64,000 nucleotides of DNA from Patescibacteria group bacterium UBA6805. GTDB taxonomy: Bacteria; Patescibacteriota; Minisyncoccia; Minisyncoccales; Minisyncoccaceae. Shown here in pieces: positions 1 to 9,174 of this stretch. Both the position numbers and the translations under genes were made by a program. The notes under the pieces were generated by a model. That model had not been told where the DNA came from and ran no database searches. It saw only the letters and a program-made list of their open reading frames with translations. The stretch covers positions 1-64,000 of the forward strand of contig DKFD01000011.1 in assembly GCA_002452735.1 (NCBI GenBank), in the 5' to 3' direction. Numbering within the stretch: position 1 is the first letter of the stretch; each line of letters begins with the position of its first letter.

Positions 1-134
1 TGAAAGATTGTTTGGGGGTTTTCATCGCTCTTCTAATTTATGTTTATGTTTATGTAATTATACCCCCCTTTGGCAGGGGCGTCAAGAAATTACTCGTGAT
101 TTCGTTTGGTGTTCGTTGTGTATATTATATCAAT

Positions 135-1370
135 TTAAGATTTCAAATGCAAGAGTTCGTCCTTGACGATTCTCCTGTCATCCCAGGCCATTTTTTCTCC
201 ATGAGCCAGGCATATCCACGGCTCGCAGCCCTTGCCCGTGATTATGACCACGTCCCCTGCCTGAGCCAGGGACAAGGCTTTTCTTATCGCCTCTCTCCTG
301 TCAAAAATCTTCATGGCCTTGGGAGAGCCCGAAGAAACATCGTCAATAATCTTCAAAGGGTCTTCGTCGTAAGGGTCTTCGTTGGTGACAATGACCACGT
401 CTCCGTATTTGTCGGCAATACTTCCCAGAACCGGCCTCTTCCATTTATCTCTTCCTCCGCCGCAAGCTCCCAGAACGCAAATAAGCTTTCCGTTCTCCGG
501 CTTCAAGAACTTGTAAACTTTTTCCAAAGCAACCGGAGTAAAAGCATAATCCACGAAAATCCGGAAAGGAGAGGAAACAACCTCTTCCAATCTTCCCGGT
601 ATCTGCTCCACTTTTTTAACGGCTAATTGGCATGTTTCCAAATCAATTCCCTCGGACAACCCTAAAGCGATTCCGGCCAGAAGATTGTAAACATTGAATT
701 CGCATAAAAGCTTTGATTGAAACTCGATTCCCTTGACCTTGAACCTGGAGCCGGAAGAAGAAACAAAAACATCTTCGGCTCTGACGTCCGCCTGAAGATT
801 GTCGATTCCGTAGCCGATGATTCTTTTAGCTTTAAAAGAGTTGAAATAAACGGCGTGCTGGTCGTCCAGATTCAGAATATGGGTATCTTTAACGGCCTTG
901 AACAACTTTCCTTTTTCTTTCTTGTAATTCTCGAAACCGCCGTGCGCCTCGATGTGCTCGGGATTGAGATTGGTGAACAAAGCTGTCTTGAAATCAATAA
1001 ACCGGTGGCGGTGCTGTTTTATGCCTTCAGAGGTAACCTCGATTATGGCGTAATCGCATTTTTCCCTGACCGCTTTTCTCAAAAACCCCTGGATGATAAA
1101 CCGGCCCGGCATGGTCATCTTCAGCTTGTTTTCTTCGAGCCTGTCTCCTATCTTGAAAACAATCGAAGACAGGGCCGCCACTTTGTATCCCGCCTCTTCT
1201 AAAATTTTGCCCGATATGTTGACCACCGTGGACTTGCCGTTGGTTCCGGTAACGGCAATCACTTTGATTTTCTTGGAAGGAAATCCGTAAAAAAAAGCGC
1301 CCCAAAAAGAAATGGTTAAATGATAAAAACTGACGACAAAATCAGGAATGTATTTTCTGATTGACTTCAT
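135..1370 (-). CDS. murE: Mur ligase, most like UDP-N-acetylmuramoyl-L-alanyl-D-glutamate--diamino-acid ligase (MurE)
   Basis: 411-aa ORF; Mur-ligase P-loop 'VTGTNGKST', 'TNLNPEHIEAHGGFENY' and C-terminal 'VDYAFTP...GGGRDKWKRP' motifs typical of MurE; N-terminal domain unusually short. Confidence 0.65.
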   Translation of the reverse strand: MKSIRKYIPDFVVSFYHLTISFWGAFFYGFPSKKIKVIAVTGTNGKSTVVNISGKILEEAGYKVAALSSIVFKIGDRLEENKLKMTMPGRFIIQGFLRKAVREKCDYAIIEVTSEGIKQHRHRFIDFKTALFTNLNPEHIEAHGGFENYKKEKGKLFKAVKDTHILNLDDQHAVYFNSFKAKRIIGYGIDNLQADVRAEDVFVSSSGSRFKVKGIEFQSKLLCEFNVYNLLAGIALGLSEGIDLETCQLAVKKVEQIPGRLEEVVSSPFRIFVDYAFTPVALEKVYKFLKPENGKLICVLGACGGGRDKWKRPVLGSIADKYGDVVIVTNEDPYDEDPLKIIDDVSSGSPKAMKIFDRREAIRKALSLAQAGDVVIITGKGCEPWICLAHGEKMAWDDRRIVKDELLHLKS

Positions 1371-1921
1371 CTTCCTAAAAACTTTAAGGCCTGTTTTATT
1401 CTTTCTTCCACGTCTTCAACGTCTTTGGGAATCTTTAAAACGGCTGCGGTGATTTCTTCTTTGGAAAATCCCAAAGAAGAAAGAGCCTGATAAACTTCGT
1501 CTTTCTTTTTCGGCTTGTTGTTTTTCATTTCCTTGATTTGTCCCGAAATTTCTAAAAGAATTTTCTGAAGTTTCTTTTTCCCAACGCCCTTCACTTCCGG
1601 AGGCATTTCTCCTTTTTCCAAAATTTCCTTGAGTTTTTCCAAAGACCCGCAAACAACCAGACTCATCGCCGTTTTCGGCCCGATCCCGGGAACATGCTTC
1701 AGAGCCTTAAAAAGCTCCAATTCTTCGAAAGATAAAAATCCGTAGAGCTCCAGGCTTTTCTCGCCCACGAAAAGAAAAGTGTAGAAATCCCTTTCTTCTC
1801 CCACCTTAATCTTTTCCAGGGCCGGCGCGGACAAAAAAACATCAAAGCCCAAGCCCTGCCTTTCCACCATCGCTCTTTTTTCATCCTTGTAGATTATTCT
1901 CCCCGACAAAAAGCTTATCAT
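1367..1921 (-). CDS. ruvA: Holliday junction DNA helicase RuvA
   Basis: 184 aa; N-terminal OB-fold region, HhH motif 'LKHVPGIGPKTA', C-terminal RuvB-interaction domain; 4-bp overlap with upstream gene. Confidence 0.9.
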   Translation of the reverse strand: MISFLSGRIIYKDEKRAMVERQGLGFDVFLSAPALEKIKVGEERDFYTFLFVGEKSLELYGFLSFEELELFKALKHVPGIGPKTAMSLVVCGSLEKLKEILEKGEMPPEVKGVGKKKLQKILLEISGQIKEMKNNKPKKKDEVYQALSSLGFSKEEITAAVLKIPKDVEDVEERIKQALKFLGR

Positions 1922-1969
1922 ATCCTTGTTAACATATTATTACTTTAATAATGCAAAATCAACAACACA

Positions 1970-2941
1970 TTAAACCTCGCTGATTACATCAAAACCCTTA
2001 AAGCTGCCAGTTATTGCCAATCCCACTATCTTATTCTTGCAAATCTTTTTTTGCCTTATTTTCCTTGCCATTTCATTAAGGGTGGCTCCGGACCCGACAG
2101 CGTCGTCAATCAGAAGAATGTTTGAAAAAACAGCGCTTTCTTCCACGGCCATGGTTTTTTGAGCGTTTTCTATCCTGTCTTCTTTTTTGCTTAATGTTTT
2201 TTGCGGAACAATGATATCTGTTTTTATTTTTGATATTTTAATGATTCTGGTTTTCAGCTTCAGGTTTTTTTCGATTTCTTTCATCAGCTGAACTTCCCTC
2301 TTCACCGTCGGCGGAATAAAACCGACACCGTCGATATTGAATTTTTTAATCAGTTTTTCGATTTTCGGCTTTATCTCCGCAACCAACCCTTTAATCATTT
2401 TTTTGTTTTGGCTGGTTTTGGCGTAAAGCAAAAGCTGGCCGAGCCTGGTCTTCCCGAACCTCTCGATGCTGTAAAAATCCAAATAGAACACCTTGTCCAC
2501 GAAAACCTCCTTGAATGTTTTAAAAAACTTGTCCGTACCGTCGATATATCCGTCTTTCTTGTATTTATCGTACTTTTCTAAAGTTTTAACATATTCTTTG
2601 GCTGTTTTTTCTATCGGCAAATTGTTCTTTTTGCACCAATAAACAAAACCTTCTGATCCTTGTTTTTCTTCCCCGGCCGAGGTTATTATCAAAAACCTGT
2701 TTTCTATTATCGGAATTGCCTCTTCGGAAATCGAATACTTTTCTTCGGTTTCTTTTTTTTCTTTCAGAGAATAAAAAACCTTGGGGGGCCGTCCTTCTTT
2801 CTTTAAAATATCGCTCTCGACCAAAATCCTTAACTGTTTTCTTACCGCCCTGTCCGTTATCTCTAGATAGTCCGAAAGCTCTGCGCCAGAGGCCTGGCCT
2901 TTTTTCCTGACATATTCGATGATTTTTTCCGATGTTTTCAT
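1970..2941 (-). CDS. winged-helix (HTH) domain fused to ComF-like phosphoribosyltransferase domain
   Basis: 323 aa; N-terminal HTH-like segment 'ASGAELSDYLEITDRAVRKQLRIL'; C-terminal PRTase signature 'ILLIDDAVGSGATLNEMARKIR' as in ComFC/amidophosphoribosyltransferase-like proteins; no Zn-finger seen. Confidence 0.55.
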   Translation of the reverse strand: MKTSEKIIEYVRKKGQASGAELSDYLEITDRAVRKQLRILVESDILKKEGRPPKVFYSLKEKKETEEKYSISEEAIPIIENRFLIITSAGEEKQGSEGFVYWCKKNNLPIEKTAKEYVKTLEKYDKYKKDGYIDGTDKFFKTFKEVFVDKVFYLDFYSIERFGKTRLGQLLLYAKTSQNKKMIKGLVAEIKPKIEKLIKKFNIDGVGFIPPTVKREVQLMKEIEKNLKLKTRIIKISKIKTDIIVPQKTLSKKEDRIENAQKTMAVEESAVFSNILLIDDAVGSGATLNEMARKIRQKKICKNKIVGLAITGSFKGFDVISEV

Positions 2942-2944
2942 AAT

Positions 2945-2971
2945 GTTCCTAGTTCCTAGTATACTAGGAAC
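2945..2971. promoter_or_regulatory. perfect 20-bp palindrome GTTCCTAGTATACTAGGAAC preceded by a third GTTCCTAG half-site; candidate operator in the divergent HTH-ComF-like / rpsT promoter region
   Basis: read directly from the sequence at 2945-2971, immediately upstream of the start of the HTH-domain gene (2941, minus strand). Confidence 0.5.
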
Positions 2972-3039
2972 TTTCTATCCTGTCAACAATTCCCCCTAGG
3001 CCTTGCACAAATTCAAGAATTAATGTATATATTTATTAT

Positions 3040-3315
3040 ATGCCAATTAAAAAATCCGCCCAAAAACAGCTTCGTCAAAACCTCAAAAGAAAGCGCGGAA
3101 ACGATGCCAAAAAAAGAGAAACAAAAGGGCTTTTAAAGAAAGTTTCTGTTTTGATTGAGCAAGGGAAAAAACAGGAGGCGGAACAAATGCTTTCCAAGGT
3201 TTACAAAAGCATAGACAAAATGGCCAAAGCCGGGCTTTTAAAGAAAAACACCGCCAGCCGAAAAAAATCTGTTTTTGCCAAAAGGATAAACAAATCCTCA
3301 AATATCAAAAATTAA
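3040..3315 (+). CDS. rpsT: 30S ribosomal protein S20
   Basis: 91 aa, basic, 'MPIKKSAQKQLRQ...' N-terminus and 'KAGLLKKNTASRKKS' typical of bS20. Confidence 0.9.
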   Translation: MPIKKSAQKQLRQNLKRKRGNDAKKRETKGLLKKVSVLIEQGKKQEAEQMLSKVYKSIDKMAKAGLLKKNTASRKKSVFAKRINKSSNIKN

Positions 3316-4212
3316 AAGATCCAGGGCCACTTCGGGGCCTATCCTCCCTGTTTTTATATCCGCATCCAAATTAAGAATTTTTTGGTAGAGATTTTTCAGC
3401 TCCTCCAAAGAAAATTGCTTGGCCTGAGCCACCGACTGCCTGAAAACAAAGGGACGCATTTCCAATTGGCCGGCGGTCTTTTCTTTCGCATCTTTCACGC
3501 TGATAATATTCCTCAACTGGTAAGAAACCATGGAAAGGAGGTAGGGAACCGAATCCCCGTTCTCCAAATGGCGCTTTATCAGTCCGGCTGCTTTTTTCTT
3601 TTCTTTCTTGGCAATGGCGTCGATGGTGGCGAAAATGTTGGAATCAAAGACGGGAAAAACCAGGGACTCCACATCTTTCTCCCTCACTTCTTTGCCCTGA
3701 ACGTAGCTGACCAGCTTGTCTATTTCTTTTTTCATTCTCCACAAATCATTGCCGACGAATTCCGCTAATTTGTTCAGGGCCGCGTTGTCGATTTCCGTTC
3801 CGGCCGAACTGAACTCTTTTTTCGCCCAGCGCTTGGTCTGCTCCAGGGTTAAGGGCTCGAAATGCTCGGTTTTAGCCCTGTCTTTCAGAAAGTTGAAAAG
3901 TTTGTCTTTTAAAGAAACCTCCTCTTCGCAAAAAACAAGGATGTTTTGGGAATCGACAAAAACGCTTCCCCGCCCGATGAAATCTTCTTTGAATTTGGAA
4001 TTGGAAAAAGAATTAAGCAGAACGAAGAGCTTTTTTTCCTTGAACATGGAAATGCTCGAAAATTCATTTTTCAAATCTTCGAAATTGATTTCTTTCCCCT
4101 CCGAAACCTTAAAATTAAGACCGCTTTTGTGCTTCTTTTTGTATTCTTCGGCTATCTCTTTAAGCTTCTGCTTCAACCTGTATGTATCTTTTCCGTAAAG
4201 AAAAATTATCAT
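3298..4212 (-). CDS. holA: DNA polymerase III delta subunit
   Basis: ORF 3298-4290; likely start at internal Met 'MIIFLYGKDTYRLKQ' (4212), which gives an ATGA overlap with the fpg stop; delta-subunit-like N-terminus and length. Confidence 0.75.
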   Translation of the reverse strand: MIIFLYGKDTYRLKQKLKEIAEEYKKKHKSGLNFKVSEGKEINFEDLKNEFSSISMFKEKKLFVLLNSFSNSKFKEDFIGRGSVFVDSQNILVFCEEEVSLKDKLFNFLKDRAKTEHFEPLTLEQTKRWAKKEFSSAGTEIDNAALNKLAEFVGNDLWRMKKEIDKLVSYVQGKEVREKDVESLVFPVFDSNIFATIDAIAKKEKKKAAGLIKRHLENGDSVPYLLSMVSYQLRNIISVKDAKEKTAGQLEMRPFVFRQSVAQAKQFSLEELKNLYQKILNLDADIKTGRIGPEVALDLLIFDI

Positions 4213-5069
4213 TTCTGGCACGAAGGACAGAAGAAAGAGCTCCTGCCTCCCTGTTTTATTCTTTTTATCTTGCCCCCGCATTCGGGGCATTGTTCTCCTT
4301 CTTTTTGATAAACTTTGGCAAAATTCTGATAACGACCCTTTTGGCCAGAGATTGTCCTGAAGTCGGAGAAGCTGTCTCCCTGAAGCTTAATTGCTTTTTT
4401 CAGTATTTTTTTGATGGCAGAATATATTCTTTTCAGTTCTTCCTGCTTTATCTTTCCTGCATCCCTGAACGGACTGATTTTCGCTTCCCAGAGAATTTCG
4501 CTGGCATAAATGTTGCCGATGCCGACGATGAATCTCTGGTCCATCAAAATCTGCTTGATTTTTCCCTTTTTAGAAGAAAAAAGCTTCTTAAACTCTTCGA
4601 AAGCGATGGTTAAAGGTTCGGGACCGAAGCTTTTAAAATATTCTTCCAAGTCCTCTCCTTCCCACAACTCAATTTTAGCAAACTTTCTTAAATCGGACAA
4701 AGCCATGTCCAGGCCTCCGGACAAAAAGAAAATCACGCGCAGAAATCGGTTCGCAGGGTCAAGAGACAACGCTCCTTTTGTTTTTGAAGCCCATTCTTTT
4801 CCCTGCTTCTGCCATTTTCCCAAAAGCAGGTGCCCGGTTATCTTCTGGTGGATTAACAAAACACTGCTGTCCGATAAGTCAAAAAGAATGTTTTTTCCTC
4901 TCCGCCTGATTCCTTTGATTTTTTTTCCTTTAATTTTTTCCCTTAAACCCTCAAAAGAAATGTTTTTAAAAAGCGTCTTGGAATCGGTCCAGGCATCAAG
5001 AAAGGTCCTCCCCCGGACCCCCTCTTCCAAGCCCCTGATAATTGTTTCTACTTCCGGAAGTTCGGGCAT
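4209..5069 (-). CDS. mutM: formamidopyrimidine-DNA glycosylase (Fpg/MutM)
   Basis: 286 aa; N-terminal catalytic 'MPELPEVE', C-terminal zinc finger 'CPECGGKIKRIKQGGRSSFFCPSCQ'. Confidence 0.9.
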   Translation of the reverse strand: MPELPEVETIIRGLEEGVRGRTFLDAWTDSKTLFKNISFEGLREKIKGKKIKGIRRRGKNILFDLSDSSVLLIHQKITGHLLLGKWQKQGKEWASKTKGALSLDPANRFLRVIFFLSGGLDMALSDLRKFAKIELWEGEDLEEYFKSFGPEPLTIAFEEFKKLFSSKKGKIKQILMDQRFIVGIGNIYASEILWEAKISPFRDAGKIKQEELKRIYSAIKKILKKAIKLQGDSFSDFRTISGQKGRYQNFAKVYQKEGEQCPECGGKIKRIKQGGRSSFFCPSCQK

Positions 5070-5070
5070 T

Positions 5071-5439
5071 TTAACCTAAAACCATTTGCAATTTATTAAC
5101 AATCTCCTGGGGAGTAAAATGAGCCTTGACCAAAAAGTCCTTGGCGCCGAGCTTCAATCCCTTCTCGATGTCCTCGCTTTGTCCCAAGTTGGAAAGAATA
5201 ATTACTGGCACACTGCTGATGCTCGAATCTTCTTTATGTTTTTCCAAAACCTCGAAACCGTTAATCCCGGGCAATATCAAATCCAGCAAAATGATGTCCG
5301 GCTTTTCTTTTTTTATCTTTTCCAGCCCCTCTTCTCCGTCAACCGCCAAAATCGCGGTATACCCGACATTAGACAGTTTTTTTCCCAAAAGCTCTCTCAG
5401 AAATTTATCGTCTTCAATGATTAAAACTTTCTTGCTCAT
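5071..5439 (-). CDS. stand-alone response-regulator receiver domain (CheY-like)
   Basis: 122 aa; 'VLIIEDD', phospho-acceptor context 'IILLDLILPGINGFEV', conserved Lys 'DFLVKAH'; no output domain. Confidence 0.85.
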   Translation of the reverse strand: MSKKVLIIEDDKFLRELLGKKLSNVGYTAILAVDGEEGLEKIKKEKPDIILLDLILPGINGFEVLEKHKEDSSISSVPVIILSNLGQSEDIEKGLKLGAKDFLVKAHFTPQEIVNKLQMVLG

Positions 5440-5473
5440 GTTTTTCTATTTTACACCCAAATAAAAATATTGT

Positions 5474-6637
5474 CTACGAGCGGGAAGGGACGGAGAAATA
5501 AAAAGTTGAGCCCTTGCCCTCCTCCGACTCAAACCAAATCTTTCCTTCGTGCAGTTCAATGATGTTTTTGGTTGTATAAAGACCAAGGCCCGACCCTTCG
5601 GTTTCCATTTTAATTACATTGCTCCCCCTGAAGAATTTTGAAAAAATTCTGGATTGCTGGTCTTTGGGAATGCCCACTCCACTGTCGGTGATTTTAAAAA
5701 TCACTTCTTTGTCTTTCTTTTCCAGGGAAATCACCACCGCCCCTTTTTCAGGCGTGTACTTCAGGGAGTTTTCCAGAAGATTTTGGATGGCAATTATCAT
5801 TTTTTCCTTATCAATCATCACTAAGGGTAAAAGCTCTTTGGGTCTTTCCGTCTTTATTTTAATCTTTTTAATATCGGCTGTTTCCTTCGAATCACTGACA
5901 ACCTGGTCCACAATATCCTCTATCTGCATTAGCTCCGGCCTGTAAAGGAAGCGCCCCTCCTCGATTCTCGTCACGTTCAATAAATCATTAATCAACGCTA
6001 TCATTCTTTCATTGCTTTGATAGGTTTTTTCCAGAAGGTCTCTTTGCTCGCCGTTTATTTCCCCCACGTCCCCGTCCAAAATCATTCTCAATGTCCATTT
6101 AACCGCGGACAACGGTGTTCTCAGCTGATGAGCGGAAATGGAAACAAACTCCGTTTTCATCCTTTCCACCAGTTTATCCCTGGAAACGTCGTGAAGAATA
6201 ACCAAAGACCCCTTCTTTTCGCCGGACCTGAAATGAGAAACGGTAATCTCTAAAAACAATTCTTCGCCGAGGCGTATTTCTTTTCGAAAAATGCTTTTTA
6301 TCTCTTTGTTCTTTCTTTTTTTTAAAACTTCTGTCAATGGCTTGAGGTCTGCCTTTTCCAAAGAGAGCTTAAAAATGTCCTTTCCCAAAATCTCGTCTTC
6401 GGCTTGTTTTAAAAAACCCTCAACCAAAGGACTGATTATTTCTATTTTATTATCCTCGCTCAAAACCAAAAGTCCGTCGGTAAAATTTTGAATAACGGCC
6501 AGGGTTTTATTCTTTTCCTCAATGGCCTGCATTTTCGCCTCTTCCGTATCCTCTAAGATGTTCAAAAAAGCCATCCTGATTTTACGCAATTCTTCTTCTT
6601 TGTTTTCCAGCTCTCTTTCTTGGTTTGAGTGGCTCAT
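5474..6637 (-). CDS. sensor histidine kinase (coiled-coil + PAS-like + HisKA + HATPase_c)
   Basis: 387 aa; H-box 'ISAHQLRTPLSAVKW', G-boxes 'DSGVGIP' and 'GSGLGLYTTKNIIELHEG'; no transmembrane segment, so it is cytoplasmic. Confidence 0.85.
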   Translation of the reverse strand: MSHSNQERELENKEEELRKIRMAFLNILEDTEEAKMQAIEEKNKTLAVIQNFTDGLLVLSEDNKIEIISPLVEGFLKQAEDEILGKDIFKLSLEKADLKPLTEVLKKRKNKEIKSIFRKEIRLGEELFLEITVSHFRSGEKKGSLVILHDVSRDKLVERMKTEFVSISAHQLRTPLSAVKWTLRMILDGDVGEINGEQRDLLEKTYQSNERMIALINDLLNVTRIEEGRFLYRPELMQIEDIVDQVVSDSKETADIKKIKIKTERPKELLPLVMIDKEKMIIAIQNLLENSLKYTPEKGAVVISLEKKDKEVIFKITDSGVGIPKDQQSRIFSKFFRGSNVIKMETEGSGLGLYTTKNIIELHEGKIWFESEEGKGSTFYFSVPSRS

Positions 6638-6646
6638 AAATATATT

Positions 6647-7564
6647 TTACCACAATTTCAAATTTTCGCCAGACCTTTTTTCTTCCTCGTCCATGCCGGG
6701 TATCCGCTTAATCAGACTCTTGAAATCAAGCTCTTCCAAAGCGCTTTTCACCTGGCGAGGGTCGTATCCCCCCCACCGGTATTTATTCAAAGAAAGCTCC
6801 ATAGGAACATCTCTTTTGATTTTTGACAGTTCCTTGCTCAAAAAAGCCGCGGCCTTGTCCGCTAAAAGCCTGACTCTCGTTTTTTCTTCTATTTTCTTGC
6901 TTTCAATGTTCTTGTAAAGATTTTCAATGGTCTTAAAATCCTTAATCAACCGAAGGGCCGTTTTTTCTCCGACACCCTTGACCCCTGGAATATTGTCCGA
7001 CAAATCTCCTCTCAGGGCCTTGAAATCAATCAGCTCGTCTCCGCTCAATCCTTCGTATCTTTTTTGAACCAGATTCTTGTTGTAAATAATTGCTTCTTTG
7101 ACCCCCCTGCTCAGAAAATAGACGCTGGTGTTTTCGTCAACCAGCTGCAAGGTGTCCAGGTCCCCGGAAACGATGATGTTCTTTGCTTCGGCACGAGAAG
7201 AAGACAAGGTTCCGACAAGGTCGTCGCCTTCAAAGCCCGGCTTCTCGCAAACGGAAATATTGAAAACTTTCAAGACTTCCTTTAATTTGGGAATTTGGTC
7301 GTAAAATTCCTGTGGAGCTTTCTTTCTTTTGGCCTTATATTGGTCATAGGCCTTTTTTCTGAAAGTCGGCTCGCCCAAATCAAAACAAGCGGCCAGATAT
7401 TTGGGATTGAATTCTTTGGTTATTTTCAATAAGACCAGCAAAAAACCGTAAACCGCGTTCACCAGCTCCCCTTTTTTATTCTTCAGGGACGGCAGGGCGT
7501 GAAAAGCGCGGTGAATGACCGAGTTGGCGTCGACAATGACGAAGTTTTCTTTTTTTTCTTCCAT
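6647..7564 (-). CDS. 5'-3' exonuclease (FEN-like, stand-alone PolA N-terminal domain homolog)
   Basis: 305 aa; 'VIVDANSVIHRAFHALP', acidic metal-binding clusters, HhH2 region 'GVKGVGEKTALRLI'. Confidence 0.85.
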   Translation of the reverse strand: MEEKKENFVIVDANSVIHRAFHALPSLKNKKGELVNAVYGFLLVLLKITKEFNPKYLAACFDLGEPTFRKKAYDQYKAKRKKAPQEFYDQIPKLKEVLKVFNISVCEKPGFEGDDLVGTLSSSRAEAKNIIVSGDLDTLQLVDENTSVYFLSRGVKEAIIYNKNLVQKRYEGLSGDELIDFKALRGDLSDNIPGVKGVGEKTALRLIKDFKTIENLYKNIESKKIEEKTRVRLLADKAAAFLSKELSKIKRDVPMELSLNKYRWGGYDPRQVKSALEELDFKSLIKRIPGMDEEEKRSGENLKLW

Positions 7565-7566
7565 AA

Positions 7567-8001
7567 TCAGTCAATAATTATTTTTCTCTTGTCATTTTCA
7601 AGAATCTTGAATTTTAACTCGATAATTCTTTTGGGAAGAATCTTTCTGATTTTTTCCGGCCACTCAACGGCTATTATGTTTCCGGGGCTGGAAATAATTT
7701 CCCTGAAGCCCAGAATTTCCATTTCTTTAAAGCTTTCTATCCGATAACAGTCGAAATGATAGAAATTTTCGAAACAAGGGGACTTCAGCTTGAACCTGTT
7801 GAAAATAACGAAGGTCGGACTTAAAACCCTCTTCTTCACGCCAAGTCCTTTGGCAAAACCCTGAAGAAAGGTTGTTTTACCCGCTCCCAAGCCCCCCTTC
7901 AGGGCCAGAATCCTTCCCTTTTGGGGCGAAGACAAAATTTTCAAAGCCAGCTCTTCCCCGGCTCGCTTGGTCTCCGAAGAATTATAAGAAATGATTTCCA
8001 T
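7567..8001 (-). CDS. tsaE: tRNA threonylcarbamoyladenosine biosynthesis protein TsaE
   Basis: 144 aa; P-loop 'LKGGLGAGKTTFLQG', 'SPTFVI' motif. Confidence 0.8.
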   Translation of the reverse strand: MEIISYNSSETKRAGEELALKILSSPQKGRILALKGGLGAGKTTFLQGFAKGLGVKKRVLSPTFVIFNRFKLKSPCFENFYHFDCYRIESFKEMEILGFREIISSPGNIIAVEWPEKIRKILPKRIIELKFKILENDKRKIIID

Positions 8002-8082
8002 TATTCTGGATTATATCCAATTTAAAAAATAAAAACAATACTGATTGACTTTTCCCCTGAAATAAAGTAATTTGAAGAAAAT

Positions 8083-9171
8083 ATGGACGATTTCTCCAAA
8101 ATAAAAAACATCGTAGATAACGCCAAAAATATTGTCGTTGTGGCCGATAAAAACGCCGACCAGGACGCGACCGGAGCGGCCTTGGCCATGTTTTTCGCCT
8201 TAAAAGACAAAAAGAGCGTTTTTGTTCCCCGGGACAAAAACCCCAAAGAAATAGCCAGTCTTCTGACCGAAAGCTTTGAACGCAAAAAATTCGTAATTTC
8301 TTTTAAAAACGCGGTTTCCGAGATTTCTTACGAAAAGAAAAACGACGGCGTCGACCTTTATTTGACTCCCAAAAACATTGAAGACGCGACCCCGGAAAAT
8401 TTTTCCTGCAGAATAATTTCCGACAAAGAAAAAAACTTCCTCTCTTCCCCTTCTTTCTTTGATTTGGTGATAGCGTTTAACGTGGCCTCTTTTAAGGAGC
8501 TGGAAGAATCTTTCAATGAAAACATTGACTCCATTTATCAATGCGCCGTAATCAACATCAGCAACGACCCGAAAAACGAGCATTACGGAGAAGTCAATTT
8601 GATTGAAAAAGATGTTTCCCTTTCGGAAAAAACGGCCCTGCTTCTGGAAGCGACGCAGAAAAACATCAACGAAAAAACCGCGGGCTTTCTTTTGTGGGGA
8701 CTGACGTCTTCTCTTGATAAATTAAAAACCGGCCAGACCCTGCCCGTCATCAAAAGGCTGGTTCAAAAAGGAGGAGAGTTTTATTTCAGCCATACCGGAC
8801 CCGACACCAAAAGAAAACTTATTCTTCTGGAAAAAACCGTTAAAAACCTCAACTTTCTGGAAAAAGAAAACATTTATATTTCTTCGCTTTCCGAAGAAGA
8901 CCTTAAAAACAACGACTCCACTTCATCCGACCTGGGCTTTGTGGTTGAAAAAATGAAAAATCTGTTTTTTCTCCCTTCTTTCATGCTGCTTTGGGAAGGC
9001 AAATCCTCTCCCCTGACCGTCAAGGGCGTATTCTATTCCGACAAAGAAGAAGTCGTTGCCAAGGTTAAAAACGCTTATCAGGGTTCGTACAAAAACCGGG
9101 GAGGAATTTTTCTCACCCGAAAAGAAAATTTGGATTCGGCGAAAAAAGAAATAATCACTTTGTTAATTTAA
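8083..9171 (+). CDS. DHH-superfamily-like phosphoesterase (NrnA-like, degenerate motifs)
   Basis: 362 aa; N-terminal 'IVVVADKNADQDATGAALAM' resembles DHH motif I/II but no clear DHH triad was found; assignment tentative. Confidence 0.35.
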   Translation: MDDFSKIKNIVDNAKNIVVVADKNADQDATGAALAMFFALKDKKSVFVPRDKNPKEIASLLTESFERKKFVISFKNAVSEISYEKKNDGVDLYLTPKNIEDATPENFSCRIISDKEKNFLSSPSFFDLVIAFNVASFKELEESFNENIDSIYQCAVINISNDPKNEHYGEVNLIEKDVSLSEKTALLLEATQKNINEKTAGFLLWGLTSSLDKLKTGQTLPVIKRLVQKGGEFYFSHTGPDTKRKLILLEKTVKNLNFLEKENIYISSLSEEDLKNNDSTSSDLGFVVEKMKNLFFLPSFMLLWEGKSSPLTVKGVFYSDKEEVVAKVKNAYQGSYKNRGGIFLTRKENLDSAKKEIITLLI

Positions 9172-9174
9172 TTT

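Noticed and set aside
12-626. 204-aa plus-strand ORF at the window start
   Set aside because: It is antisense to the murE-like gene, which has unambiguous Mur-ligase motifs.
4510-5079. 189-aa plus-strand ORF
   Set aside because: It is antisense to fpg (catalytic N-terminus and zinc finger conserved on the minus strand).
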